From the NCBI RefSeq assembly GCF_011386835.1, contig NC_088802.1, positions 57,412,001-57,476,000 on the forward strand: a DNA stretch of 64,000 nt, written 5' to 3'. A program made the position numbers and the translations under genes. This stretch comes from Chrysemys picta bellii (Eukaryota). Below the pieces are notes generated by a model. That model was not told the DNA's origin, ran no database searches, and saw only the letters and a program-made list of their open reading frames with translations. Positions 49,810-64,000 of the stretch are shown piece after piece (position 1 is the stretch's first letter; each line of letters begins with the position of its first letter).

Positions 49810-49890
49810 CCCCGCCGGCCGGCTCGGAGTCCGAGATCCCCCGAGCGGCAGAGGGGCCGCGGGCCCTTTAAGGGCTCCACCTGTCGGGGC
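49810..49890 (-). other. RFNG: Candidate non-coding first exon of RFNG
   Basis: Minus-strand donor GG|GTAAGG at 49809 inside the CpG island. A matching strong acceptor (ctctcctattctctcctacag) ends at 46807, 70 nt upstream of the RFNG ATG. The 5' end is approximate; there is no transcript evidence. Confidence 0.55.
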
Positions 49891-49979
49891 CCACGGCTGG
49901 GCTGCGTGACCCGGAAGTGAAAGTTAACCGGAAGGCACGGAGCAGGAGGTGACCCGGAAGTGAAGGCTCTGGGGGGAGG

Positions 49980-63942
<13,963 letters not shown>

Positions 63943-64000
63943 TAAAGTTTCAAAGGATTGGGGGTGGAGGTGGATGAACCTGGAAACTGACTGTATTTTC

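Noticed and set aside
48705-49920. Overlapping ORFs with repeated HCT/CPG Cys-His motifs, superficially metallothionein- or keratin-like
   Set aside because: Translations of the 33-bp array in all frames; no splice signals or unique domain.

Overview
This is vertebrate genomic DNA, almost certainly turtle. That is an inference from tortoise-type tRNA/CR1 SINE, CR1 3' ends and Penelope-family sequences. The window holds the conserved block LRRC45(+) - RAC3(+) - DCXR(-) - RFNG(-) - GPS1(+, runs off the right edge). I traced every coding exon by hand through GT-AG boundaries, and all reading frames close: LRRC45 674 aa/17 exons, RAC3 192 aa/6 exons, DCXR 246 aa/8 exons, RFNG 402 aa/8 coding exons, GPS1 11 constitutive exons plus an in-frame cassette exon. 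Introns hold CR1 LINEs, solo LTRs, hAT- and Harbinger-like MITEs, CORE/Deu SINEs, a DIRS-like fragment and a 7SL RNA retrocopy. Two Penelope-like insertions carry hammerhead-ribozyme motifs inside near-perfect inverted repeats. The three CpG-island promoters are abutted by GC-rich minisatellites whose CpG content decays away from the island; the array beside the RFNG/GPS1 bidirectional promoter is about 1 kb of E-box/MRE-type motifs. Other candidates are interlocked RAC3/DCXR poly(A) signals and a uORF stack over the RFNG start codon. I found no new protein-coding system. The long ORFs in GC-rich regions are repeat artefacts, and there is one 136-N assembly gap. Comparisons to human or chicken proteins and repeat consensuses are from memory, not database searches.
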